NCBI GenBank assembly: GCA_019750335.1
Contig: JAIEOQ010000008.1
Coordinates: 688,293 to 720,292, forward strand
Direction: 5' to 3'
DNA: 32,000 nt
Source: Candidatus Obscuribacterales bacterium
GTDB taxonomy: Bacteria > Cyanobacteriota > Vampirovibrionia > Obscuribacterales > Obscuribacteraceae
Shown here in pieces: positions 1-8,058 of the stretch (its first letter is position 1; every line of letters starts with the position of its first letter). The notes beneath the pieces are model-generated. The model saw only the letters and a program-made list of their open reading frames with translations, did not search any database and was not told where the DNA came from. Position numbers and translations under genes: made by a program.

Positions 1-1446
1 AGCTTTCTTTTTCAGCTCAATTGCTTTATCGTAGTTAAAATCTCGATTTTCAACCTCACCTTGCCTATCTATGATAGCGGCTTGAATATCTTCAACTAGC
101 TTCTCGCGCTTAGCGATTTGCAACGCCGTATTCAGAATTTGACGCGCTTCTTCAAGCTGGCCCACGTTCATTTTGGCTTCAGCCACTTCAACCATAGTCA
201 AACAAATTTCCGGATAATCTTTTTGCGGATTATTATTCAAAATAGCCAAAGCCTGCATAAAGAGTGGCAAAGCGTCAGCATGAGCGCCCTGCCACGCTTT
301 TTCTTTGGCCTTCCTTCTCGTGGCATCATATCCCTGAAAGTGTGATTTTAAGCCACTGCTACCGGTTTTTATTGATTCTTTTTGCAGTTGCGAAATATAC
401 TTTTTACGGCTTTCGACAAGAGAATAAATGCCGACCAAAAATATAAGAACAAAACAAATAGCCCAAGGGAGCCAGCCGCGAAGAAAAAATGGAACCCAGG
501 ATTTGCTAACATTTATGCTCACTAAAGAACCGGTTACACCGTGCTTTTGCTGCAAAACCTTCATCGCTTCAAGAAAGTCATGCTTAAATTGCGAGAAAGA
601 TTGAGTACGCTCCGCAGGTAGCTGGGCTAAACCAGTTTGCAGTAAGGCTTTCATCTTCGGTCCGATACTTCTTATTTCAGCAGAATCGTTAAATAAATTA
701 GGTTTTTCACGCACTTTACGATACATGATGTCTAATGGATTATCGCCTTGATAAAGCGCCCTACCAAAAAGCAGTTCGTAAAGAATGCTAGTCAAAGAAT
801 AAATATCAGCTCTATGATCTGCTCCGCTTCCTGAGCATTGTTCAGGGCTCATATAAGCCGGACTGCCTAACATCAAGCCAGTCTGAGTTGCTTGCTGCGA
901 CTGCACTTGATCTAAAATTTTAGCGATACCAAAATCAAGAATTTTAAGCTTGAATTCGTCATCTTCAACCGGCAACATCATAATGTTGCCCGGTTTCAAA
1001 TCACGATGAACTAAGCCTTTTGAATGAGCGTACTCCAATCCGCTTATCAACTGAAGAATGATCGAACGGATCTGCTCGAAATTGAAACTTTTCCCTTGTA
1101 ACAGCCATTCTTCAAGAGTCTGTCCCTCTATAAGCTCCATAACAAGATAGGGGCGTTTGCCATCACTGCCGATACCATAAGAAAGTACCGAAATTATATT
1201 TTCATGAGTGAGCTTGCTTAAAATCAAAGCTTCGTTTTTAAAACGACGCAAAAGCCCTTCATCAGCTAAAAGCTCTTGTTTAAGAATCTTCAAAGCAACA
1301 TCTTTATCCAAGCTTAGATGTTTTGCTTTATACACATCAGAGCTGGCACCAGCACCAATGCGACTGATAATCTCAAAATTCTCAAAAACGGTCCCGGCAG
1401 CAAGATAGCTTGCCGGAACCGTATTCAAATTGTCGAGATCATCCAA
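1..1446 (-). CDS. Hanks-type Ser/Thr protein kinase with a TM segment and TPR-like helical repeats (partial; C-terminus lies beyond the window start)
   Basis: Absent from the ORF track because it is open at the window edge. My minus-strand translation gives FENFEIISRIGAGASSDVYKAKH (Gly loop), VALKILK, LVHRDLKPGNIM (revcomp of 984-1011), ILDFGIAK and SPEQ. These are followed by the hydrophobic WLPWAICFVLIFLVGIY and TPR-like repeats, and the frame stays open to nt 1. There is an in-frame upstream stop at 1477-1479 and no ATG. TTG at 1446 (or 1428) is the candidate start. Confidence 0.85.
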   Translation of the reverse strand, partial: MDDLDNLNTVPASYLAAGTVFENFEIISRIGAGASSDVYKAKHLSLDKDVALKILKQELLADEGLLRRFKNEALILSKLTHENIISVLSYGIGSDGKRPYLVMELIEGQTLEEWLLQGKSFNFEQIRSIILQLISGLEYAHSKGLVHRDLKPGNIMMLPVEDDEFKLKILDFGIAKILDQVQSQQATQTGLMLGSPAYMSPEQCSGSGADHRADIYSLTSILYELLFGRALYQGDNPLDIMYRKVREKPNLFNDSAEIRSIGPKMKALLQTGLAQLPAERTQSFSQFKHDFLEAMKVLQQKHGVTGSLVSINVSKSWVPFFLRGWLPWAICFVLIFLVGIYSLVESRKKYISQLQKESIKTGSSGLKSHFQGYDATRRKAKEKAWQGAHADALPLFMQALAILNNNPQKDYPEICLTMVEVAEAKMNVGQLEEARQILNTALQIAKREKLVEDIQAAIIDRQGEVENRDFNYDKAIELKKKA

Positions 1447-1516
1447 TCCGATTATTCCTAAGCCGGTACGATTGCGTTACCACAATCATATGCCCAGGGT
1501 TAAGAGTAATTAGGAC

Positions 1517-1906
1517 TTATCTGCCTAAGTAGTACATGATATTGGACAACAAAGACGGATTTTGTGTGCGCATATAATCCAGAAAACGTGGATCGGAATA
1601 ATTATTCCAAGTGGCTGTCCCGTTCCAGTTATTTCCCTGATAAGCGCCGTATTGGGTTCTCAACATATTGTTGAGTTCAATTTGTTGTCGAACACTAAGC
1701 CTGTTATTGAAATTACGTACGTTGTTAAATCTGTACATATTGCTTCTCAAGTAATTTCTTTTGTTATTCCAATCTTGATTGAAATAGCCATTATGATAGC
1801 CACGGTTATAGTGATAACGGTAATGGCGATCAGCCATAGCAGCTGGTGCTAGCATGCCAAAAAGAGCAGCTAGAGCCAGTACTTTTGTAAAAGCGGATTT
1901 ATTCAT
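1517..1906 (-). CDS. Secreted Asn/Tyr/Arg-rich low-complexity protein (hypothetical)
   Basis: The track ORF is 1517..1975. I prefer the internal ATG at 1906, preceded by GAGGAG (revcomp of 1913-1918). The signal peptide is MNKSAFTKVLALAALFGMLAPAAMA followed by DRHYRYHYNRGYHNGYFNQDWNN. Confidence 0.7.
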   Translation of the reverse strand: MNKSAFTKVLALAALFGMLAPAAMADRHYRYHYNRGYHNGYFNQDWNNKRNYLRSNMYRFNNVRNFNNRLSVRQQIELNNMLRTQYGAYQGNNWNGTATWNNYSDPRFLDYMRTQNPSLLSNIMYYLGR

Positions 1907-2235
1907 GTCGATCTCCTCAAACAATTTGTCGGAGGTGGCGACGGAGGTCGTTGATGTTTGTTCCGGATTATGCAAGTTCCGCTAGGTTTATGAAAAACAG
2001 ATAAGTGATGAAATTACGCATACAAAGAGTAAACATAAAATACTTGTCTATTAGTACTTATGTTTTTTAGATCGTCTATTCATTACGGTGCTTATATCTC
2101 TCTTTTTCTTTATAGGACACAAAAAAAAACCGCCAGCGCCACAGCTCCACGATTGAAACGTTATTTACCGGCAGAAAGCTGCCTTTAGTGTCGTCTGTCA
2201 ACGCACAAACCAATTTTATTCATGGAGCAACTCTC

Positions 2236-2718
2236 ATGAATCTGTCGCTCAAAGCGAAGAACGCAATTGACGCAGTGTTTGAATTCATGCGCAAGCACGG
2301 CGGTATCTGCGCCTTTGTGCATATCTGGATTACCGCTTGCCTGATTCTCACTGGCGAGAACTTTCTGGAACCGCTGGCCTTCACTTGGTTCTGGTCGCCG
2401 CTTCTCACGAGAATCACCATCCCCGACGGCTACGACGTACACACATTCTTCGGTAACCGATTCGGTAGTTTTTATTGGAATAAACAGCGCTACTTTTTTG
2501 CCGCCGGCTGGCTTCTCAACGTCACTTTGTTACCTTGGCTCCTCTGGACTTATTTGTGCCGGTTTGACCATGTCCTGCATATGTTACGAGACAGAATCGG
2601 TAAGGCCATCGGCTTAGGCGGACAAACAGGCCTGGTGCTCACCGTAGCCACAATCGTAAGCCTGCCTTTCTTAATCGCCGAATACTTAAATCGTAAACCG
2701 GCAAGGAGATCCCTGTGA
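2236..2718 (+). CDS. Hypothetical membrane protein (3 predicted TM segments)
   Basis: The track ORF is 2188..2718 (GTG start). ATG at 2236 has GGAG at 2224-2227 with an 8-nt spacer. Hydrophobic segments are GGICAFVHIWITACLIL, FFAAGWLLNVTLLPWLLWTYL and GLVLTVATIVSLPFLIA. No family recognised. Confidence 0.65.
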   Translation: MNLSLKAKNAIDAVFEFMRKHGGICAFVHIWITACLILTGENFLEPLAFTWFWSPLLTRITIPDGYDVHTFFGNRFGSFYWNKQRYFFAAGWLLNVTLLPWLLWTYLCRFDHVLHMLRDRIGKAIGLGGQTGLVLTVATIVSLPFLIAEYLNRKPARRSL

Positions 2719-2726
2719 GGTCAATC

Positions 2727-2867
2727 ATGTTTCTTACTCTGGCTGGCATCATTTGTGCTTGGGTAATCCGGCGACGGAAGAATCGCCGCTCGATCAACAA
2801 TGACGAATCGCATTTGTACGGCGTTATGGGCTTAGGCGTAGCGCCTGAGGACCCGAAGACAGACTAA
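2727..2867 (+). CDS. Possible 46-aa single-TM peptide
   Basis: Below the track length cutoff. My translation is MFLTLAGIICAWVIRRRKNRRSINNDESHLYGVMGLGVAPEDPKTD*. GAGG lies 6 nt upstream and overlaps the stop of the preceding gene. It fills the gap between two co-directional genes. Confidence 0.4.
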   Translation: MFLTLAGIICAWVIRRRKNRRSINNDESHLYGVMGLGVAPEDPKTD

Positions 2868-2895
2868 AACAAGCCTTCTTTTCGGAGACATCCCC

Positions 2896-3333
2896 ATGAA
2901 CTGGTTATTAATCGGTCTTGTGCTGGCTATCGCATGGGCGGTGGCTTCCTTTGTCGTGTTTAAGATGGAAACGTCGCATGTACGCGTCGATGACGCTTAC
3001 TTCCCTTACAAAGCCGACGGCATCATCTTCGGCACTTTAGAGCAAATTTTGGTGCCGCTTTTTTGCGGCATCACTTTTGCTTATCAATCGGCAAGCGGCG
3101 GCTATCTCTATGCTTTGAGTTGGTACCCGTTTGTCGGCGTCGGTGTTTTCGGAGTTGTTTATTTTGTCTGTTCAATCGGGCTTTCTTTCACCCACAACGC
3201 GGGCAAGCTCGAAGAAGTGGTCGAGGACATCAGTTACCGACTGGAAGGCTTTTACTCCTTGCCGGAAAAAGCTTGGTTACAACTTGTCGCTCTGCACAGC
3301 CTCGTCAAAAGCAAGAAGAAAAAGGGAGAGTAA
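2896..3333 (+). CDS. Hypothetical membrane protein (3 TM segments plus a charged C-terminal tail)
   Basis: Track ORF of 145 aa. GGAGA lies 7 nt upstream of the ATG. TM segments are WLLIGLVLAIAWAVASFVVF, ILVPLFCGITFAY and WYPFVGVGVFGVVYFVCSIGLSF. Confidence 0.7.
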   Translation: MNWLLIGLVLAIAWAVASFVVFKMETSHVRVDDAYFPYKADGIIFGTLEQILVPLFCGITFAYQSASGGYLYALSWYPFVGVGVFGVVYFVCSIGLSFTHNAGKLEEVVEDISYRLEGFYSLPEKAWLQLVALHSLVKSKKKKGE

Positions 3334-3356
3334 AACCAATGTAGATTCTTTTAGCT

Positions 3357-3662
3357 ATGCTTGGACTGGCCATTCTTGGCGAGAACAAAGACGAAGCCGG
3401 CAAGTTTGCTTTGTTTTGCTTCTGGTGTCTTGCAGCGATGATCGGCGTCGGCTGCTGCGCCTTCACATTTACCATCGCCAACATCCTGTTTCCCGGATTG
3501 ATCTGGGAGCTGCTAACCCTGGTTATTAGCGGTCTTCTGGCTTCAATCGTCTTGCTTGCTCTTCTCTATTTGTTCGCCTGTTTTCGAAAACCCCGGCAAA
3601 TGCCTACGGCATCGGCACCGACCGAAGCACCAATCGAACCGTCAGCCGGAAAGGAAGAGTAA
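3357..3662 (+). CDS. Hypothetical small membrane protein with two adjacent Cys-rich hydrophobic helices
   Basis: Track ORF of 101 aa. FALFCFWCLAAMIGVGCCAFTFTIANILF and LIWELLTLVISGLLASIVLLALLYLFACF are separated by a short turn, followed by a Pro/Ala-rich tail. The SD is weak. The stop overlaps the next start (TAATG at 3660-3664). Confidence 0.6.
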   Translation: MLGLAILGENKDEAGKFALFCFWCLAAMIGVGCCAFTFTIANILFPGLIWELLTLVISGLLASIVLLALLYLFACFRKPRQMPTASAPTEAPIEPSAGKEE

Positions 3663-4060
3663 TGGATCTTTTCATTCTTTGCTGTGTCATGCTTTTCATT
3701 TGCTGCGCTGTGGAATTCGTCCTGCGCCGCAATCACTGTTCTTCCTACTTCCTCTGCAACATGGGCACCGTGCTTGCCTTCTGCATGGGAGCGACTTATT
3801 TCAGCGCTATCGGCGTGAGCTTGGGAATCACCATGCTTTTCGCCAGCATCGCTCTGCATTTCATCCAACCTTTCAACCAAAGCCACAAGCTCAGAGCCGC
3901 ACTGATGATTTTGCAACTCTTGAGCGTGGCTTATTTGCTCATGCCGGTCCAGCCGCTGCTCTGGTTTCTCTGCGCAGATTGGACGGCAGTGGTTGGCTAT
4001 CTCGCTTTTTCGCTAGCTCGTGATTTCAAGCACGATATGCGCCTTGCTTTTCTCCTCTAA
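3662..4060 (+). CDS. Hypothetical polytopic membrane protein (4-5 TM segments, Cys-rich)
   Basis: Track ORF of 132 aa. It overlaps the upstream gene by 1 nt (TAATG). Segments include LFILCCVMLFICCAVEFVL, MGTVLAFCMGATYFSAIGV and LLWFLCADWTAVVGYLAFSLA. Confidence 0.65.
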   Translation: MDLFILCCVMLFICCAVEFVLRRNHCSSYFLCNMGTVLAFCMGATYFSAIGVSLGITMLFASIALHFIQPFNQSHKLRAALMILQLLSVAYLLMPVQPLLWFLCADWTAVVGYLAFSLARDFKHDMRLAFLL

Positions 4061-4090
4061 CTAAACTCAAGCAAACGCGGAGCACCTACC

Positions 4091-4507
4091 ATGAAATTCA
4101 GCACCAAAATTCATTTGCTCGTCGCCACCGTCGGCGCTGTTATTGCCTTTTTCGGCTTGGCTATTTCCTCTGTGGCATTCGACCCCTGGGTCTACTTGGG
4201 AGTCATGTCCGTAAGCGCAACCATGGGCGTCGGCGTGATGACTTTTGTCCCCGGCTTGGCCGACCAGCTCAAACACTACGACTTGATCGACGAGTTCCAA
4301 CAGGGCAGCGTGACTTTTGCCGTTGCCCTGCAAACCGAACTCACTCGTGAACACAGCGAACGCGCGCGCTGGTGCCTCGGGCTGGCTCAACGAGACTTTG
4401 CCGCGGCTAAGGCAGCGATCGCCGAGCATCCGTTTTATCCGGGACGAGCTTTGCAAAAGCTCAATCATGCTCGTTTCCACCTTGAAGGTCTGGGCTCTTT
4501 GCTCTAA
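4091..4507 (+). CDS. Hypothetical membrane protein with an N-terminal paired-TM hairpin and a helical soluble tail
   Basis: Track ORF of 138 aa. GGAG lies 8 nt upstream. IHLLVATVGAVIAFFGLAISSVAF, then DP, then WVYLGVMSVSATMGVGVMTFVPGL, followed by about 80 hydrophilic residues. Confidence 0.7.
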   Translation: MKFSTKIHLLVATVGAVIAFFGLAISSVAFDPWVYLGVMSVSATMGVGVMTFVPGLADQLKHYDLIDEFQQGSVTFAVALQTELTREHSERARWCLGLAQRDFAAAKAAIAEHPFYPGRALQKLNHARFHLEGLGSLL

Positions 4508-4570
4508 ACCAGCAGTAAGCAGTTTTGGATTCGTCGTCTCTATCTAGAGTCAACAGAAAGACAAAAAATC

Positions 4571-5149
4571 ATGCAAGATTACATTGAACTTTTGCAATCG
4601 TTCGGCTTCCAACTGCAACAGGTTGAAGGCAACGTAGCAAGTTTGGTTCATAGTGCCGGAACGAATCAAGAAATCCGAGCACGTGTCTTGAGCGGCCGTT
4701 CTTTTCGGAAATCGAAAACGGCACCCGACCTAACTCTTCCCCTCGGCATCGCTGCTGTTTATCGTCACTTGAACGAAGTGCGCCCCGCACTCAGACTTGC
4801 CGAACGCGGCGTCGGACACCTCTTTCTTTGCGAAAATGACGCGCCGGAAGCTGCCGAAAGCAGCTATACCGAGGTGCGTTTCACTTTCGAAGAAAAAGCG
4901 TTGCCTCTGCCGGAGGGCAGCTGCTACCGTGTCCGTATGCGTTTTACGACTTCGGAGCCGCAATACTTAGTGACACCGAGCGAATGGACGTCGGTCGCTT
5001 CCATAGCCCACGAATTCCAGCAACTGGAACCGGCTAAAGCAGCGGCAGTCTTGTTCGCTTATTTCTTCTCGTCGCAAGTTTGCCAGGTCGTTCAATTCGA
5101 CCCTGGCGATCAGCTCGACGGCACCGTCGTTTTCACCACCGAACACTGA
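4571..5149 (+). CDS. Hypothetical soluble protein (192 aa)
   Basis: Track ORF. It is co-directional within the cluster, with only short competing ORFs on the opposite strand. No family recognised and the SD is weak. Confidence 0.6.
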   Translation: MQDYIELLQSFGFQLQQVEGNVASLVHSAGTNQEIRARVLSGRSFRKSKTAPDLTLPLGIAAVYRHLNEVRPALRLAERGVGHLFLCENDAPEAAESSYTEVRFTFEEKALPLPEGSCYRVRMRFTTSEPQYLVTPSEWTSVASIAHEFQQLEPAKAAAVLFAYFFSSQVCQVVQFDPGDQLDGTVVFTTEH

Positions 5150-5215
5150 CCATAACAGTTGAGTTAAGACTGGGTTGTTCTTCACCATCTACCATTCAGA
5201 AGCGAAGCACAGATC

Positions 5216-6316
5216 ATGAGCCAAATATCTAAAGTAACCTTGGTTGCCACCGTTGAATTGGCGGTCCACGAGCCGGGTGTTCTCCTGATCCGGCAGTGGC
5301 CGGAACTGACAGAATTGACGGTGCCGGCAGGTATCCACACCGTCAAAATAAGCCGGGCAAATAATCTGACCCAGCTTGTTTTAACCAGCGAAGTCACTAA
5401 CATCACTCTTGAAGGCGTGAGCTTGACCGAGCTTACACTGCCGGAAGGTGTGATCAACGCCAAGCTCTACGACTGCCGGCAACTGGCCAAGCTGACGGTA
5501 CCCAAGAGCCTTGTCAGCCTGGAAGTGAGCGGCGGAAACAACTTGACCGAACTTAATCTGCCCGTCGACAGCAATCTTGCGACGCTCGATTTGAGCAGTG
5601 TTGACGTGGACAGCATTATTGTGCCGCCTACGGTAAAAACCCTCAAAATCGGCGGTTTTAAAAAGCTGCGTGAGCTCAAAGTGCCGCAAGGTGTGGAAAC
5701 TTTGTACGTTTCCTATAACAACCTGATTGAAGAGCTGATCGTTCCGGACAGCGTCGTTCATTTGACTGTGAGAGACGTGACCACGGACTTGAAAAAATCT
5801 CACGGGCTGAAGCGCCTCGTCCTGGCAGGCGTGGTGCCGCACCTGGAGGTTTACTCCTGCCATCGCTTGACCGAAATAACACTCCGTCCGGGCTCTCGCC
5901 ACGTGCAGATCGAAGGCTGCCCCGAAATCAAAAGCCTAGAAGTTCCCGAAGGCGTCGAGGTTCTCAAACTGGACAGCAACAAATTGCAGAGCTTGAAAGT
6001 ACCAAGCTCGGTCCGCAACTTAAGCGTGTTCTTCTGTACCAGCTTGAAAAGGCTGGAGCTACCGCACGGCATCCAGGAAGCTAATCTCAGTTACTCCGGC
6101 GTAACTGATGTGACCGTGCAAGACGGCAGCAGCATCAAGAAACTGGACCTCAGGTATTGCAGCGATTTACCCAAATTGACAGTGCCTGGCAAAACCGGAA
6201 TCGATGAGTTGGATCTCGTTGCCACACGGCTACGTGAATACAATCACGGCGCCCGTGTGTTACCGGTGCTTGAACTCGCTCCCGGTTGTTATCATCGCTT
6301 AGCTGCTCAGCCTTAA
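5216..6316 (+). CDS. Leucine-rich repeat protein (15 tandem repeats of about 20 residues)
   Basis: Track ORF of 366 aa. Repeats read LTELTVPAGIHTVKISRANN / LTELTLPEGVINAKLYDCRQ / LAKLTVPKSLVSLEVSGGNN / LQSLKVPSSVRNLSVFFCTS and so on. No signal peptide or TM segment is visible. Confidence 0.85.
   Translation: MSQISKVTLVATVELAVHEPGVLLIRQWPELTELTVPAGIHTVKISRANNLTQLVLTSEVTNITLEGVSLTELTLPEGVINAKLYDCRQLAKLTVPKSLVSLEVSGGNNLTELNLPVDSNLATLDLSSVDVDSIIVPPTVKTLKIGGFKKLRELKVPQGVETLYVSYNNLIEELIVPDSVVHLTVRDVTTDLKKSHGLKRLVLAGVVPHLEVYSCHRLTEITLRPGSRHVQIEGCPEIKSLEVPEGVEVLKLDSNKLQSLKVPSSVRNLSVFFCTSLKRLELPHGIQEANLSYSGVTDVTVQDGSSIKKLDLRYCSDLPKLTVPGKTGIDELDLVATRLREYNHGARVLPVLELAPGCYHRLAAQP
5306..6229 (+). repeat. 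Coding tandem repeat: 15 LRR units (19-22 aa each; one 28-aa unit)
   Basis: I parsed the protein by hand. Residues 31-338 split into units beginning with L/V/I-x-x-L and carrying VP-x-G/S-V. Periodicity is at the protein level, and DNA-level identity is low. Confidence 0.8.
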
Positions 6317-6400
6317 AACAGAACTCGGTTCATCACCATGTGACGCGTTACGTAACTATTGATTCAGTCAATCCATCACCGCAAACTGAAGGAACGATTC

Positions 6401-7042
6401 ATGCAGACCAAACATGTTCTTGTCGTGGTCGCGATTCTCGTCGGCATTGCCTTTCTTCTTTCCCGCAGCAGCAGCAATTCGACCAGCCAAACCGGCGAAC
6501 AGTTCAAAGACTACCCGTCCCTCAAAGCAATTTTGTCGGAACAATGCGACAAGCTTGTTGCCTCCCTGAACACCGCCGAAGCCGTCGCGGTCAAAGGCAA
6601 GCTCTCAACCCTTGTAGCGAGCTTGCAGTCGCTGGAAGATCAATACGCGAAGGTCAAAGACGACAGCGATCAAACTACGGCCATCGGCAACAAATATGCC
6701 GAAACCGTGATTGAAATCCAGCAGACTATTGCTCCGCTACTGGAGGAGGTTTCGGCTCAGCTGTACGTTGTGAATATGACTCTTGCGGCAATGAATCAGG
6801 TCGATCACGTCCGCCTGACGATCACCGACAAAGAAGAGATCGCCAAGCTTGTGAAGCCGGTTTCCGATGTATACGCTCACTTCGGTGAAGATCTTTTTGT
6901 CATCATTCCCGTGGTTCGTCTCGGTGACACCGCTCTTGCTGCCCGAGTGCAGAGCGGTGAGAAAGCGACGGAAGCGATGAAGCTGGAAGAGTATGCCAAA
7001 GCATCGCTTGTCGTACTGAAAGAGAAAACAACCAACAAATAA
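6401..7042 (+). CDS. Hypothetical N-terminally anchored or secreted helical protein
   Basis: The track ORF is 6359..7042. ATG at 6401 is preceded by GAAGGAA with a 7-nt spacer. MQTKHVLVVVAILVGIAFLL is a signal/anchor segment. The rest is Ala/Leu/Glu/Lys-rich and helical. Confidence 0.7.
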   Translation: MQTKHVLVVVAILVGIAFLLSRSSSNSTSQTGEQFKDYPSLKAILSEQCDKLVASLNTAEAVAVKGKLSTLVASLQSLEDQYAKVKDDSDQTTAIGNKYAETVIEIQQTIAPLLEEVSAQLYVVNMTLAAMNQVDHVRLTITDKEEIAKLVKPVSDVYAHFGEDLFVIIPVVRLGDTALAARVQSGEKATEAMKLEEYAKASLVVLKEKTTNK

Positions 7043-7127
7043 CCAGAGGAGGACCTATGCCGAGCCGATACTGCTCGGGCTTCCTGTAGGTAGCTCGGCG
7101 CCTGAATTAGGCTGATGGTCAGCCTAA
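7043..7127 (+). promoter_or_regulatory. Possible leader region: 10-codon uORF with a strong SD plus alternative hairpins
   Basis: GAGGAGGA at 7046-7053 precedes ATG 7057, giving MPSRYCSGFL and stop at 7087-7089. CCGAGC (7060-7065) can pair with GCTCGG at either 7073-7078 or 7093-7098. A perfect 9-bp hairpin TTAGGCTGA-TGG-TCAGCCTAA lies at 7107-7127. Confidence 0.3.
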
Positions 7128-7159
7128 CAGAGCGTCGCGCGCCAATGGAGGCCGCGACC

Positions 7160-7411
7160 ATGAGTCGTTCTATTCGGCACGTTCCTTTCTTCGGCATCGC
7201 TAGACCTAAATCCAGCAATGCTCGTTGCAAAAAACGTGCCAATCGCCGCTTACGTAGTCATGTCAATCGTTTGGTTGATGCCTGTGCTGATTTCAACGAT
7301 CTGCTTCTACCTGACATACGTCAATTAAGCAGCAGTCGTGATTTCAGAACCGGGCGCAAAGTTTACTGCCCACCGGACGCACCAGGCTATGTAAGCAGCA
7401 TGCGCAAATAA
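7160..7411 (+). CDS. Small, highly basic hypothetical protein (83 aa)
   Basis: The track ORF is 7115..7411. ATG at 7160 is preceded by GGAGG with an 8-nt spacer. The sequence begins MSRSIRHVPFFGIARPKSSNARCKKRANRRLRSHVNRL. No family recognised. Confidence 0.6.
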   Translation: MSRSIRHVPFFGIARPKSSNARCKKRANRRLRSHVNRLVDACADFNDLLLPDIRQLSSSRDFRTGRKVYCPPDAPGYVSSMRK

Positions 7412-7470
7412 GCCATACCAAACAAGGGAAGCGCTTAACACGTTGTTCGGCGCTTCCTCTGGTTTGGTCA
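7412..7470 (+). terminator. Long imperfect stem-loop after the basic-protein gene
   Basis: ACCAAACAAGGGAAGCGC, a loop, then GCGCTTCCTCTGGTTTGGT. The downstream T-tract is weak. Confidence 0.35.
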
Positions 7471-7488
7471 GTTCTAGAAAGCAAAGCA

Positions 7489-7875
7489 ATGAAACTTTTC
7501 TGTCGTGAGTTAGGTCTGTTTTTATGTGTCGCCGCTGTTGGTATCTCTTTCGGTTTGCTGAGCGGGTTAATTCTGCCCCGATTAGGAGCGGCGCTGGGCA
7601 ATTTGTATTCGCCCGTACTCAGCATAGTGATTGGGTGGGTTGCCGTCTGGCCAACCTGCTTGTACGCCTGCCCCGCGACCATGATTGTAGCGACGCTTAT
7701 TCTATCCAACGCGGAACAACGTCGCATATGGTACGCGTTATTTCGCAAAGAACCCGGAGTAGACGGTTCTCAACTCCCGCCTTTGCCATATATGCGAGCC
7801 GAATTCATTATAATGTCCGCCATCTTATGCGTCGGCGCCGCTGTGATTGAAACAATGGTCTTTCTGCATTATTGA
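7489..7875 (+). CDS. Hypothetical membrane protein (3-4 TM segments)
   Basis: Track ORF of 128 aa. Segments are LGLFLCVAAVGISFGLLSGLIL, LYSPVLSIVIGWVAVWPTCLYA and FIIMSAILCVGAAVIETMVFL. Confidence 0.6.
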   Translation: MKLFCRELGLFLCVAAVGISFGLLSGLILPRLGAALGNLYSPVLSIVIGWVAVWPTCLYACPATMIVATLILSNAEQRRIWYALFRKEPGVDGSQLPPLPYMRAEFIIMSAILCVGAAVIETMVFLHY

Positions 7876-8058
7876 GACGGGTCAACCGCATAACATCATG
7901 TTCACTCAGTAATTCCTCTTGGCAGAGTCTGTTTGGAGAGTGTCCGACCCCTAGTTCACGCGTCTTTCGCCTGAACCCGGTTCGGCAGGAGCAACCTGGC
8001 TTGTATTGGTGGTGCAGGCCAGCGCTCCTTTACTCCAAAGCAATACGAAACCGAAGGA

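Noticed and set aside
118-1408. The + strand track ORFs 118..345, 264..446 and 1208..1408.
   Set aside because: They lie antisense to the kinase reading frame, which carries HRDLKPGN, DFG and Gly-loop motifs and stays open from 1446 to nt 1.
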